DNA from: Podarcis vaucheri
Lineage: Eukaryota
DNA: 64,000 nucleotides
Assembly: GCA_965113315.1 (NCBI GenBank)
Contig: OZ220367.1
Reading direction: 5' to 3' (one strand)
Each line of letters begins with the position of its first letter. The first letter of the stretch is position 1. A program made the translations under genes and the position numbers. Below, piece by piece: positions 47,778-62,700 of this stretch. Under the pieces are notes generated by a model. That model did no database searches. It worked only from the letters and a program-made list of their open reading frames with translations, and was not told the origin of the DNA.

Positions 47778-50700
47778 GTAAGGATTGGACTTTGCTCTCC
47801 TCATTGTGGCATTTTGTTCAGCTGCAGGATACATTTTACTATGCTGAAGTAGTCCCATTGGGAAGTGTAAGGCAGGTTGGACTGGAGCTGTGCCTTATTG
47901 CATTATCTCTGGTTTCCTCTCTTAGTTTAGTATTAGTAGTATCTAGTATTAAGAATGAGAAGGGGAATGCAGTGAATCCTGCCTCTGGGTATGCTTTTAC
48001 TTTGCTGCTTTGAGGCGAGTATATCTATACAGCAGGAGATTTCCTCATTTAGAATTACCTCTGCAGGCTCTACCATTGATAAACTGCGGAAGAATATATG
48101 GTGTGTCTCAGGGCCCATTTCTGCATGCTGTTTCCTGTTTTCCTGGTTATAATATTGCTATAAGGACATCCATATTTGTATCCACAGTGGCCATTATAAC
48201 AGGAATTACATTCTCTTTCAGACAGAGGATCCCAGTAAATGCAGTCCTCGGTTTTGGGAGGAGCTCTTCCTCATGAAGGTAATATAGCAAAGATCAAAAA
48301 CACCCACTGTCTTCTAATCATCTCTTCATGTTTACTCATCTACGTAGCAATTTTCCACCTTTAGCCATGTCCTCAGTGACTCCATGAATTGGCTTTTCCC
48401 TTTTCCCTTTGTCTTGACAGGTGAACTTGGAGTACCTGGAAGGGAAACTGGAGTCTCTAGATGGCGAAGAGCTGATGAAGATAAAAGATAATATTAACTG
48501 TTTGTTCCAGCGCTGCATCCGGGCTTTGGGAGAAGAACATCCTATCAGAGTGGTCAATGCATTACAGGTGCTGTGCTGTACATTTTGTGTCTCCAGTGGA
48601 GCTAAACCCAGGAACAGGCAGCTAATGACAGTTGTATCAGTGTTGATGAAGGAAAGAGTCCACTTCCCATTAAGATTGACTAAGATACATGTCAGTTCAG
48701 TGTGCTAGACCAAAAATCCCCTCTGTTAGCATTTATATAATAATAAAATGGTTTCTCTTCTTTGCTACTTTGTTGGCAGTCAGGAGAGTAATTGAGACTG
48801 AATCTATGTAAGCATATTTCAAGTTCCAAAACAGGCAAGCATACTAAAAATGCAGCCTGCATGGAGATGGAATATGAATCTGCTGTGTTATACTAAATCA
48901 AAATAAACATCTTCCCAAAATACAGCTGTCTAGGGCATATAATAATAGGCTCCTGGTGCACCGAAAGCTTTCTCACAGGTCTAGTGTTTTTCTCTTTCCG
49001 ACACAGACACTGTGTGCACTGATCCGTGGAGTTCATCAGAAGAACAAATCCACATCTGGCTTTGACATCATCAACATGTTAATGGGTTTTGACAAGGCTG
49101 AGCTGTGTATGAAGGTGAGGGCTAGCTAGAGTGCAATAAAAGAAAGTGCTGCAGGTGAGGGTTAGGGAGACTGCAATAAGAGGCAATGGTGTGCTTGTGG
49201 AAGAGACATGTTAATCCATTGTTAAATATATTGGTTACAGTGTCTCCCATAGTATTAAAAGGTCTTGTCCAAGGTATGGACAGTCTCATGTCAAATATAG
49301 TTGATATCTGCATGCAACCGCATGCGTTGCTTATATTTCTGCTAGCTTTCTTTGTCCTCTTGAGTACTGGTAACAGAGAAGAAACAATGGCATATAGTGC
49401 TTTTTGCAGAATTGATGTGTTGACTTTTAGACACTGTATAAATATCTATAATGAGGCTGTGATTTGCAACTAGAGGGCAAAAATAGAAATCCTTTAAAAT
49501 GCTTCATAACTAAATGTATCACAGCTGGGTTTTCTTTTGTGTGGGGGGAATTAGCTCCATAAGGAAGCAAGGCTAATTACAGTATAATAGCACCTTGCTT
49601 GAGAATTACAGCATAATCAGATCAGTGCAAGGAAGCCCCACTCAAGGATCCTTCATGCAAGCACTGGCACTTCACTCTCAGGCTACTCTGTGCATCCATC
49701 TGGGCGTACATTTTTATTTCCTTTTGTGAAATCGGCTGAGATTCTGAGGGAACAAAATTGTGTGTCACAATCCACACTGTGTGGTTTTGATTTGATGAAG
49801 CACAGTTTTAGGCAGAACTGTTGCTTTAATTTGTTGTGGTTATCTGCCTTGGGAAATATATACTTGGTGATATTTATGTTTTAGATGATGGGACAGAATA
49901 CCTTTTAGAGAATACATTCTAGAGATGAAAGTAATTAAACAGATTTATTTATTAAAGACATTTGTATACAAATCCCCCCATAAAAAACGCTAGGCAGCTA
50001 ACAACAAAATCAAAATGTGATTTAGCAAAATAAAATATAAGTTACGAAAAGTTAAGAATTTTAAAACACCAAGACCAGCGGCAGAGTAGAAGTTATTCCA
50101 AAGTATCAGATGAAAACAAATATAGTAAAAGTGCAGTCTACAAAGAAAGAACATTCTTTAAATTGAAAGCTTTTATTAGCTTTTGTAAAGCCATTACAGA
50201 GGGGACCAGACATAATAGTATGCATGCAAGACAGCTTCATTTAGACCAGAGATGGAGAACCTGTGGTCCTCCAGATGTTGGACTGCAACTTCCATCACCT
50301 CTTACCTTAGCCATGCTGGCTGAGGCTGATGGGCATTTGAAGTCAACCATATTCAGAGAGCCAAAGGTTCCTCATTCTTGACCTAGAATTTTACTAACAT
50401 AGATCCTTCCCATCAAGGATCAGGATTAAACTCTGTGGGGAAGGGCCATAGCTCAGTGGCAGAGCATTTGCCTTGCATGCAGAAGGTCCTAAATTCAATC
50501 CCTGACATATCCAGGTAGGGCTAGGAATGTTCCCTGCCTGAAGTCCTGGAGAGCCATCGCTAGTCAGTGTAGACCAGGGGTAGTCAACCTTTTTATACCT
50601 ACTGCTCACTAATGCATCTTTCTTGATGTTAAAATTTCCTTTACTGCCCACCAGTGCTCGATGGAAGGAGGTTTCAGCTTGTGCCGTAGAACCCCCTACC

Positions 50701-53700
50701 GCTCTCCTAGAATCCTGAAATGCCCACTAGTGGGCAGTAGGGGCCAGGTTGACAACCCCTGGTGTAGACAAGACTGAGCTAGATGGGCCTGTAGTCTCAC
50801 TCAGGCTAAAGCAGCGTCCTATGTTCCTAGTACTTTATCGGGTACAGCGTCCGTGTGGGGGTTGTGAGAAGTAATGGATATGCTGTGGTTCATAGTAACT
50901 TTTCCCCCTCTAGAATCTGATGGAGAGTCTGGATGCTCTGCTATGTGCAGAAGGCTCTGAAAGTCTCAAGAATTTGTGCCTGAAGCTCTTACTCTGTTTG
51001 GTGACTGTAAGTAATAGACAATAGAGAGTCAACTATAAAAAGCATGCACTTTCAAAACTTGGAAATTGTTATTTGTGAATTAGCAAGGAATTCTTAATTT
51101 CTTAGGCAGAGGAACTTTCAATTCCAGCTGATCAGTATTCCTGTTATAGAGATGACTGCTGTCTAAATTACAGTCTTGGATATAAGTATTGTGTTAGTAC
51201 ATTTAATGTGAAGCCTCTTTTCCTGTCACAGGCAGGGATGTACTCTTATGTATAGACCCTGTTTTAAAATTGTTCAGCATATGCATCTCATGGAGGGAAG
51301 TTTGATACCCTTAATTATTTTAGGGAAGATTTACTAATTTACAGAGAGTTTTGTATTTGTTGCTGATATCTACCTGTGAGAAATTGGTTTCTTTTTTGTT
51401 GCAAGTTTGTATTGTTTTTCTTTCTTTACAAATGTCTATCTTGTCTGTCCTATCCTACAACTTTTCCCAATAGCTAATAATAAACAAGGAAAATCACCCT
51501 GAGGGCAGGGTGAGAGGTAGGCCAACCCATAATTAATGCAAGTATGTGAGCTTCTGTACCTCAAGCACATCCCTAAAGCTCTGCCAAGTAAAGTGTTAAG
51601 TTTCAAGAGTCTCCAGCCTAAGTCTTATTTTCTAACAGAGATTTTCAGCTTCCCTCTATCCAGAGCTCAATGGTAGGAATGTAGCAAGAAGCATTGTGAT
51701 GAATCTTCTGGTGTTGGAAATACTGATTTTATTACTAGCAATATTTAGAAAGCACCCATAAGGATAGAAGATAGCCCAGAACAAAATGGTTCAGGGGAAA
51801 TTATATAAGTGATAAGATAGCATTAATATTGTACTAAGTAAAATCATTAAAGTGTATACCAAAATCAGTAACCTCACTGTAGCCCTAGTACATATGCCTA
51901 GAACCCACAAAGAATGGGCTTCATTACACAGAATATGGGAGAGTTTCAGTAATTGAGAGCACTGCTTCTTGAAACAGGAGACAACAAAAATACTGTGGAG
52001 TGGTGGGTGCAGTTCAGTAATTTTGCAAGGGTAGTAGTAGATAAGAGCATGTTGTTGTCACTTCCAGAAGCTTCTTTAAAACAACAACCGCCCTTTGATT
52101 CTCAATTCAGGTTACAGATAACATCAGTCAAAACACAATTCTGGAGTATGTGATGATTAACAGCATCTTTGAAGCTATCTTACAGGTAAGTTCCACCCCC
52201 CCCAAAAAAAAAAACCCCCAACAAATCTCTGGGCAGTTAAATTTTCCATACTGCATAGCTATAAATAGTGCAGTTCCTGTAATGTTGCTTAAATGGAAAC
52301 TTAAGATGAATGCCAAGTAGCATGTTAATGTCTCTCTTGCTTTAGTCTTTCTGTTTTTGTTTTGGTCAGGGGATACATTTTAGAAGATTTCATTCAGATA
52401 TTTTATAAATTTGGCACTGTGAACCTAATTCTCTAATAAGCTACGACAAGTAATTTTTTTTAGTGCAGTCAGCTTAAGTCCTTACCCAGCTATTCATTCC
52501 CTTCAAATGTGCTGATTCTCTTCAAGGTAAAATGTTCGTTTCAATTTGCTCCATACAAATGGGGGTTGTCAAGGCCTTTTTAAAGTTGTATAGGTTCATT
52601 TTGGAAACAGACTTTGGGTCTGTTTGCCTGTTGTTTATCTACATCTTTTCAGTTCAGGTGTCTAGAATCACTTTGTTCTTTGCAGCATAGAACCGTAGTT
52701 AATCTAAGTTACTCCTTTTCTTGATTTTAGATCCTCTCCAGTCTCCCCAGTCGCAGGGAACATGGTTATGAAGCTGTTGTCCTGCTTGCCTTATTAGTAA
52801 ACTACAGAAAATATGAGGTGAGTAATTCATGTGGAAAACGTGTACCTTATCCCTAGGGCACGCGTGTCCAAAGTCTGAATGAATTTTATTTTTTTGGTCA
52901 CAGACCAGTTCCAGCTCACATACAATATCAAGGAAGTCATAAAACACAATAGGAATACATTTGAATTTGCAGTTAGGTATAACAGGGACAATACAGATAC
53001 AGCAACAGTTTAAAAATACATAAATTAAAACTTAGTTATTAACATATAACCTAAAATTATCCTTTAAGGCCTTCATCATTATGATAGCACAGCTTGTTCT
53101 CTAAGTTTTATGACAATTGCACAGAATTTGGCCACCCTTAATGTGATCTCGGGATCCTTGCCCTCTACCAGGGATTTTAGACATAAGTTCGGAATCATTT
53201 GGAGATTTTTGCATAGCAGGGGTAATAAATACAGTGGTACCCCGCAAGACGAATGCCTCGCAAGACGGAAAACCCGCAAGACGAAAGGGTTTTCTGTTTT
53301 GGAGGCGCTTCGCAAGACGAATTTCCCTATGGGCTTGCTTCGCAAGACGAAAGCCCATAGGGAAATCTCCGGGGACCTCTTTTAAATGCTGGTGGTGGGG
53401 AGCAAAGCCTTTCCCCCCCTCTGGCCTTCAGAAGAGGTCCAGGAAGGCCGGCGGGGGCCGAAAGGCTTTGCTCCCCACCGCCAGCATTTTAAAAGCAGTC
53501 CGGGATAGCAGGGAAGAGCTTCCCGCTATCGCGGACGGCTTTTGAAGGCAGGCGGGGGGCGAAGGTCTTTGCTCCCCCCTGCCTGCCTTCCCGGGAGAGC
53601 TTTTGAAGGCAGGCGGGGGGGGGGCAAATACTTTCGCCCCCCGCCCGCCTTCAGAAGAGGTCCAGGACACAGCCTTGTTTAACACCACGGTAGGTTTGGA

Positions 53701-56700
53701 TTTCCTTGGATAAATGGTCCTGTCAGTCACACCTAACCCGGACCCGAGTGTTTTCGTATAAACTGCGGATGAGACACAGTATACGTCTGTCTATATTTGA
53801 GGTGCGATATTAAATCCGGCCCGACAGCCAATTTAATCCAGTCCCTGTGACAGTTTATTTCCTGGGGTAAAATCCCCCCAAAAGCTGAACAACTTCACTC
53901 CTAAAAAAGCTCAACAACTTTACAACTTTGGTTGGCCCTCACGCATGTTCACTTCATCAAATCTGGCCCTCTAAGAAAAAAGTTTGGGCACCCCTGCGCT
54001 AGGGGTTTACAAAGTTTGTTTGGCTTTAGTTGTCAATTTTAAAATGGTGGTTGCCAGGACTCTGCCCCTTCTCTAAGAGGCAGATTCCTGCCCTTGAAAG
54101 CATCATGCACGGCCAGGAACAATTTCCACTCTCCAAGGGTGGCAGACTGTTTCTGCAGTTGTGCTGCATTTCCACTATGCTCCAAGTGCCTTGAACGTGC
54201 ATTGCGAAAAGGAGCCCCATTTGTTTTCTCCAACTTCTTTGTTCCTGGGAAACAGTATAGCTGCAGGGCAGTCCCCACCTCTCTCTCTCGTGGGTTTCAA
54301 GTTGGAGTGGAGTTCTGGGACTTTTTCTCCTTGAGGTGCCTCAGAAATACAACAATGAAATAAGCAGCAGCCTTTCTCTCAACCTTGTAGTAAGAGAGGT
54401 AGGTAGGGATTGTCGGCACGGTTGCACTCTAGTTACAAGGTTGGGAGGAAAGCTAGTAGTTGTTGCTCACCAGGTGAGGATAGTGAGTGGAATCTTGTCC
54501 TGGTGTGCTAGACTGTGAGCTAGAGCATGTTGAAAAATTGTGTCCTGCTTGCATCCAGATGAAAAATTGTGTACTGTATCCATTTTAGTAGTATCTCTGT
54601 GTTTCCAGTGTACTTTGTGTATGTGTTTAGAAATAATCCTACAGTTCTTTGCTTATAAGCACAAGGAAAGCTGTTCTATAAAGTACATATTTTTAGTATG
54701 GGAACAACTGTGGTGTTTGCAAGCTTCTGCCCCTTCTTTAAAAAGTGGGAGTTTCTAGTTTAGGTTTTCAGACCCCATAATGTGTATGATTTGGCAGCTA
54801 ACTAGGTAGCCTGTTGGACTATTAACACCCTTGATAGAATTGATGGCCATGTGATCAGTGGATGACCTGGTATGTTATGTAGCACACAGTTCCTTGAGAG
54901 GATAGTGTGCATGTGTTTCTGATGCTTTCCAATTACTTGTTATTTTCTCTAGTTTGCGTGAGGCACAGTATTTTTATTATGGCTTCTATCATTTTGCCTA
55001 GTCTGCAGGATTTGATCTCACTGTTATCTACTAGATGCTGAAATCCATAATTTCTGGATGTGGAAACAAGATGTATCAGGTTGTTTCATATTTCTGTAGT
55101 CCCTTTGGGATGTTAGTGCATACTTCAGTCAGAAACACAGAAACAATGCTAATAGCATTCCCAAATCTAAAAGCAAACTTAGGTCAGTGGAAATATCCTC
55201 AGAGAAAGAAAAGGTTATTGTTTTGCTGCTATTAGATGAGGGTCACTGGGATAGTCTGTTTCAGATAAAGTCATTTGGAAGTCCCTCCTGGGGAAAATAA
55301 GCTTGCATAAGGCTTAATTTTTCTCCTAGGGGTTGTCTTGGCTTTGCATTACAGCTGAGAGAATTTATATGTATGTGGTGCTGTATAAAGCAGTTAGTAT
55401 GATTTGAGAAAATAGTAGATTTTTTTCCTGGTCAATCTGGAGAGACATTAGAATTGCATGTATTTGTGTCATGCCTCCAACATTGCAAATCTTCTGTTGG
55501 AGGGTGTGGGGGATTTTCCTGTTTTTTATGTAAGCTGTGAGAGTCTTTTCATTTCAACCACACTGTTGCTGGTCATACTCTTTTTTCCCCCCAGAGCCTC
55601 GTGGGCTGCTAAATTGTTCCATTAAGTTAAGGAAATCTAATTGCATTGAGAGTGTATTCGTTGCTTATGACTTTAATGCTTGTCTATTAAAAAAAAAAAA
55701 CCCTCTAGTGTTGCTTACAAAAACATGGCTTTAAATGTGCTTCAAGATTAGCAGAATATTTGCTGATGTCTTTATTTCTTATCCAGGTTCACCTTATTTT
55801 TTTTAATTGCAAAATCATTAATCTGATTTATAGACAGTGCTCCTACCAGCATAGAATTTCAGTCCATTGCTCTGATTACCACCTCCAAAGGCTTTCTTTA
55901 TTCCCGGGTGACTCCATGAACTGCAGCAATTTAGCAGTGGGTAGGGCTTTATAGATTTAGGAATTCATAGAGATTCATTTCATCTCTAGTTTAGAGCCCT
56001 TTGATATCCAGTTGCCAACACCTAAGCATAAAGCTTTCTGGAAGCATAAAAACAAGTAATTTCATAATCTTAAACTGAGAGGTGGGTACTTCTGTCTGCT
56101 GAATCCTAAGGCAGAACATGTAAATCTCTATAAATACGTGTATGTTTAAAGTGAAAAACAATATAATAGAATGAAACAAACACTTATCTGTAATCTGGGT
56201 ATGGCATGTTAAGACTAGGCATGAATCAAATTATCCTTCTTTTGCGATCTCTGACACAGCAGTGGAGAACAGGATCTGATTGGGCAGGTGGGGGTTGAGA
56301 TTGTTTTCTCCCCCACCCTCATGGGCCATGTTTGGCAGGTGGCTGGAGCCAGTCACTTTCCCCTCAGGAATCTTATGACTTTAATGTCCCTTTCACAGGG
56401 CAATCTTGCTCAGTACTTTGCAGGCACTGTGGGTCAACTGATTGGTGGTGTTTGCAAACCTTCTTTTGGAGCCAGATTTTCCCCTGTCCCATGCCTGATA
56501 CCATATACGGCAGGTATAGGGCAGGTGGCTGTGGCTTGGTCTGCAGACAGGAGGTTACCCATGCCTGCTGTAATAAAGTGTGTTCAGCTTCTTTTGTGGA
56601 AGGTCTCATTTCAAACCCCACCCAGACTGTGGTTTGCAGCTCTAACCGTAATGCAGAACCCAGGCCATGGTTTGAACTTTAAAAATTATACAGGCAAGCT

Positions 56701-59700
56701 GCTTCCGTACAGCCAGTCCTCCAGTCCTTGACTGCAGTGGCTTCTGAAGGTGGAACCATGGCCACAACTAGTTCAAAACCCATAGTTTGACAGTTTTAAC
56801 ACCTCATGGTACCATACTTAAGCTTTGTAGTGTGTTAGCAGAATTGGTCTAAGGCATAGTAATCAGAATGGCAGTCAATTTTAGATCACGATTTCTTTCA
56901 GAATCTCATAAATCCTGATATTCTAGTGAGAGAAATGTTGAAGATGTGTGCATTTAGGCATTTAGGTTTTAGAAAATTAAGTATCCCACAATTGTATACA
57001 TGTCTGTATGTATACATGACTCCCATATAAGCTGGTGTAGGCTTTGCAGCCTTAGCCTGGTTTCATGTTGTGCTCCCCACTCCTGCCTACAAGCAATAAG
57101 AAAATCCAGATTTGGCAGGGTGTGTATTGGGGAAAGGAGGGAATGGAACCTCCTTACTATGGTTTGGTAATCAGAACAAAGCACGTTTGTTAAACTGATA
57201 CAGTTACATAATTTCCATTAGTCTCTTTTCATTCAATTATAGCTATGAAATCACTATAAACATGCCTTGAAATTGTTACTTATACATTCTATCTATCGGT
57301 CTCCTGACCTTTATGTCTACTTCTAGGGCAACTCATAAATGATGATAAAACAATGATGGATAAAGATTAACAAGTTAAAACAGCAGAAGGAGAAAAGCAA
57401 TTCAGATTGGTTTTAAGGGGAAGGGCTGTAACTCAGTAGTAGAACATCTCTTTTGCATGTAGAAGGCCTTAAGTTCAATCCCTGGCATCTCCTGGTAGCA
57501 CTTGGAAGGACACCTGTCTAAACTTTCGGTGAGCCACTGCCAGTCTGTGTAGACAGAGCTGAGCTACATGGGACAATGGGCATCTTCCTATGTTCCTTGT
57601 GCTATGTTCCTAGATGCTATTTTAAAAGTCTGGGGAAATAAAAAAAGTATTTACGTAATGTAAAATATGTGCAGAGTTTACCACCCTGGCAGGTACATTC
57701 CAAAGGTGGGAGAAGGCTTCTGAGGAAGGCAATCATAAGCTAGTCCCCAGGTCCTAAGCTGTACAGGGGTTTAATAGTAAGCATCAGTACTGAAGGTACC
57801 AAGTAAATCCAGTCAGCTGATGTGAAGTGACAGCCATCTTGAAATTACCTGCTCATGTGATTTAATATGAAGTAAAACTAATTGCTTTTTTGTTTAACCT
57901 TATTTGTGACAATTTGGTTACTTTTATTGTTTGGAATCTTAATATTATTACTACTGTTATAATATATTTATTTATACCATGCCTTTTTCATTATGGGACT
58001 CAAGGCAGCTTACAGATAAAAAATAGGAACTGCTAAAAAAGAAGAATAAATAATTAAAATACTATCATTAAAATATAATTAGACCTTGATAGAATTAAAA
58101 CGGTCTACATCTATGAAATCTGTTTAAAATTTTCATGATAACAATATGTACACTGCATGTAACTGAGTAAACCTTTAACACTACAGTGGTACCTTGAGTT
58201 ACAAATGCTGCAGGTTACAAACTCCACTAACCTGGAAGAGTTACCTCGAGTTGAGAACTTTGCCCCAGGATGAGAACGGAAATGGTGTGCCAGCAGAACG
58301 GCGGCAGCAAGAGGCCCCATTAGCGAAAGCATGCCTCTAGTTAAGAATAGTTTCAGGCTAAGAACAGACCTCCAGAACGAATTAAGTTTGTAACTAGAGG
58401 TACCACTGTATTTAAGCTCATGTCCTTTTAAAAAAATAAGCCATGTTGCCAGTTTTAAAATGTGAATATGCTAGCTCATAGAAAAATACCGAGTCGATTT
58501 AATATAGCTAAATAGTGGTATCTTTTAATCACTGCAGTTACTGCAATACAGGCACCACCAGGTGGCATGGTCAGCCAAATGCTTCTGGTGAGAACTGGGG
58601 GTGAGAGGCTGAGCCCCTGTTCTGGTTAACTCTGTAGCTGCACAAAATGCAATGTGCATGAAGTTCCACTTCTAGTCCTAAAAATCCATGACCATCACAA
58701 AAAACACAGTGATGACCGGACCCAAAGTTGGTTAGCTTGGGCAAGGTAGTAGCCATCTGTTCCTTCATACCATATGCTGTGGAGATCACTTCAGAAACCT
58801 TGCAGTGCCTTTTCTCTTTTAGAGGAATTTCTAAAATCAGGAATGGGATGATTGTGTGCTGAGAACTGTACAAGAGCCTAACTAACATTCATAGCTGTGG
58901 AACTGAAGGATAACCAAGATTCACCAGAGAACTGGGTAAAGTCCTTCCAAAAGAATAACTGTGTTTTGCCATAAGTAAAGGAAGACGCGGAACAAGGTGT
59001 GGCTGTTCTTGTAGAAAGCTTAGGCCTAGGGGGTATTAGAGACCTCACTGATACGATCTCCTAGCTGTGGCAGGCCCTTGCACCCAAAGTGGTAATGGGA
59101 AATTATGGTGCAGGACCAAATAGCCCTTTTAGGTGAAACAAAGCTCTGTTTATCTTAGTGTCTTCAAAGCTATCTCCTCATCTAATCAAGGTAATTATGC
59201 AGAAAGGTCAAAGGCCTTGAGTACATTGAACAGTCGTAAAGATTGTGTAAAAGAAAAGATCTGAAAGTGCAGAGGCCTGGGGGCAAAGCTATTCTGTTTA
59301 TTAATTCTGCCCTGGGAGATGAAAAGGTTGGTTTTTTAAAATGATTATACACCAAATAAATGAACAGGTTCAGCTGCATATTGTTAATCTCTTGCTGCAG
59401 ATAGCAGTGCCATGTTTGGAATATACATTCAGGAAGCACACTTTCCACAGATTAGGGTGGTGGTGTTTTTGTTCTCCCCCCTTTCCTAAGTTTAAATTTG
59501 TGAGAAATGTTCTCATCCCTCCCTCCATTTTAAGTGTTCTTGTGATGCAGAGCTGGGGGCATTATGCTATTCTGGGGTTTATGTTACAAGATACCAGTCC
59601 GTATTAGCCCTTCTTTTAAAAACACTTTTCTACCTTTCCTCATGGATTACACATGACTCATGTGGGACTGAGTTGGAGTTAGGCAAGAGTTAAGTTTTTC

Positions 59701-62700
59701 CAAACTTTTTTCCAAAGTATTGCAACCAAGAAATCCATGGCCTCCCCAGGAAAAGAGGAAGAAGAGAATCAACAGAGAAAATAAAACACACATAGCCGGG
59801 AAGGCAGGTGCACTCCCTCTTCACCCCTGTGCCTCAGCACTTACATTCTTGATCTATTAGAGCCGAAACCCTACTGACCCTGATAAATAACAAAGAAATC
59901 CTCTTGAGTATGTGCATTTTCTTATTTTAAATGTACTTAACTCATGGCACCATCATGACTGCAGGAATAGCGTTGTGTTTCCTTCTGCTGCCCTAGTGCT
60001 AAGCGCTTTTACTTGTGAGAAAACATCATTTATATTTTTAAAGTAAAAGTACAGTCATACCTCGGGTTACAGATGCTTGAGGTTGCGTGCTTTTGGGTTG
60101 CGCACTGCGCCGAACCCGGAAGTACTGGAATGGGTTACTTCTGGGTTTCGGCGGTTGTGCATGCACAGAAGCGTTGAATTGCGACCCATGTGTGCGCAGA
60201 CACGGCGCTGCAGGTTGCGATTGCTGCGGGTTGCGAATGTGCCTCCCGCACGGATCACGTTCGCAACCCGAGCGTCCACTGTACTAAACTGAACATCTGT
60301 AATGTTGTGCATAGATTGGAAACTGTGTGTCTGGTTCAGTGGTGGTGTGATCCTGACATTACTAGGGTGGTTCTGAGTTGCTTTTATGCATGACTGAAGA
60401 AAAGACACTTGAAATGTGCCGAGGCTTTCATATTTAAGGGGAGGGTATTCACTTCAAGGATGCCAATAATAATTATTTTTTAATCGTTTCACAAAATACC
60501 CAGTGTCTTGACTTCTGCCCTTTGAACTGCTCCTGAGTGAAGAAAGCCTTTGGTTCATACACAAGAATTTCAAAAAGGTCTGAAAGATGTGAGTTATTTG
60601 GGAACTTAGATTTTGCTGTTCCTCCAGTCAATGACCCTCAGAGTGGCTTACAATAGATTGAACATATTTAAATTTGTGTATATATATGTGTAAAGAAAAT
60701 TCAATTTTTTTTAGTCCTGCTGTGTTGTATCAGCTGTCAGAACACACAGATATGAAGTAGGTAAAGTAGGAACAAGTGTTGTTGAATTCATTGAGACTTT
60801 CTTCTGAGTAGATATGCATAGGGTGTATGGTCAGATGTCTTTTTTCTGGTTCTAGCTGTCATACCTATTCCTCTCTTAGTCTGCTGAATTTAGCTTGTCT
60901 CTCTGCTAGCTTTTGGTTATCCCTGTCCTTGTGTCTGATAAAGTAGGTAAAGGTAAAGGGTGTTAGGAAATCTTGCCTCTGAGGAGAAACTGGCCACTCT
61001 CCAGGCACCCGGTGTGATCTCCTGTTGACCTCCCTGTCTGCATTCCCAAGCAGGATACAGGCTAGGTCACGATCGGCGATCCTCCTCAGCGTGAGAAGGA
61101 CACACCACTCTTCCCTGCTCCCTGCTCCCCCCAGGGAGGGGAAAGAGATAGACAGAAATGTATTTACATGTCTTTATTTCTGTCCTTGCAGCGTTACAGA
61201 GAAACACGTCTGCTCTATTCAAACTCCAACAGCAGGGAGACAAACTCCACCTCCTGTACTTCCTGTACAGGTCAAATTACACTCTGAGCTAAATCCGGTG
61301 CTCAGCACTGTGAATAGACTGTCCCTCTGTTCCAACGGTACAGTCCCAACATTCCCATCATGTTTTGCTTTCCAGCCAGCTGCAGCTCGCTGCCGCATTG
61401 CATCCATATCGTAACAAAGGGGCCCCTGAGACCATTAGGTCCAGTCGTGACCGACTCTGGGGTTGCGGCACTCATCTCGCTTTATTGGCTGAGGGAACCG
61501 GTGTACAGCTTCCAGGTCATGTGGTCAGTATGACAAAGCCACTTCTGGTGAACCAGAGCAGCACACGGAAACGCCGTTTACCTTCCCACTGGAGCGGTAC
61601 CTATTTATCTACTTGCACTTTGCTGTGCTTTTGAACTGCTAGGTTGGCAGGAGCAGGGACCGAGCAACGGGAGCTCACCCCGTCACGGGGATTCTAACCG
61701 CCGACCTTCTGATTGGCAAGTCCTAGGCTCTGTGGTTTAACCCACAGCGCCGCCTGCGTCCCTGATAAAGTAGGTACTTGCCTCCAAAAGCTCATAGTGC
61801 ACTGAATTTATCTGTCCTTAAGATGACAGAGGGACGCGGGTGGCGCTGTGGGCTAAAGCCTCAACGCCTAGGGCTTGCCGATCGAAAGGTCGGCGGTTCG
61901 AATCCCCGCGGCGGGGTGCGCTCCCGCTGTTTGGTCCCAGCGCCTGCCCACCTAGCAGTTCGAAAGCACCCCCGGGTGCAAGTAGATAAATAGGTACCGC
62001 TTACCAGCGGGAAGGTAAACGGCGTTCCGTGTGCGGCTCTGGCTCGCCAGAGCAGCGATGTCACGCTGGCCACGTGACCCGGAAGTGTCCCCGGACAGCG
62101 CTGGCCCCCGGCCAATAAATGTGAGATGGGCGCACAAACCCCACAGTCTGTCAAGACTGGCCCGTTCGGGCAGGGGTACCTTTACCTTTACCTTTAAGAT
62201 GACAGATGCTTCTCTGTATTTTGCATTACCATCCTGTAATGGCAATTTTTCATGAATTGTTGCTTTTCCCTTCTCAGTATTTGGCTCCGTTTAGGCACTG
62301 ATAATCACTGAACTAAACCAAAGCTGTGAGCATAAGGTTGTTGTTAATGGGATTGCAATTCCTTTGGTCCCAGATGTTTCAGTCTGTGCTGGTCAATCTC
62401 TCATATATGAACCAGTCTGTGCTAGACACTCTGCATAATGAGTGTAGCACGGTGGGTATGTATGTATGAGACATGGGTAGCTCTTTATTTAGAACGCTGT
62501 TCAACCAGGAGCATAGAAAACTGCTATACTGATGGACACTGGCACTAGATGGATGCAGTATTGAATATATTGGCTTGTTTACTGTTTCCCTAACCGTTGA
62601 AATAATGAAGGCTAATGTGTAAAATGTGACCATGACTCTCAGTATCTTGGAGGGGCTCTCATTTGTATGTGAGGCTACTGCACTGAAAGGAGGAGTGGAC

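Noticed and set aside
50443-50515. tRNA-like sequence (also about 57423 and 9360-9433)
   Set aside because: Degenerate SINE heads that continue into SINE body and tail, not tRNA genes
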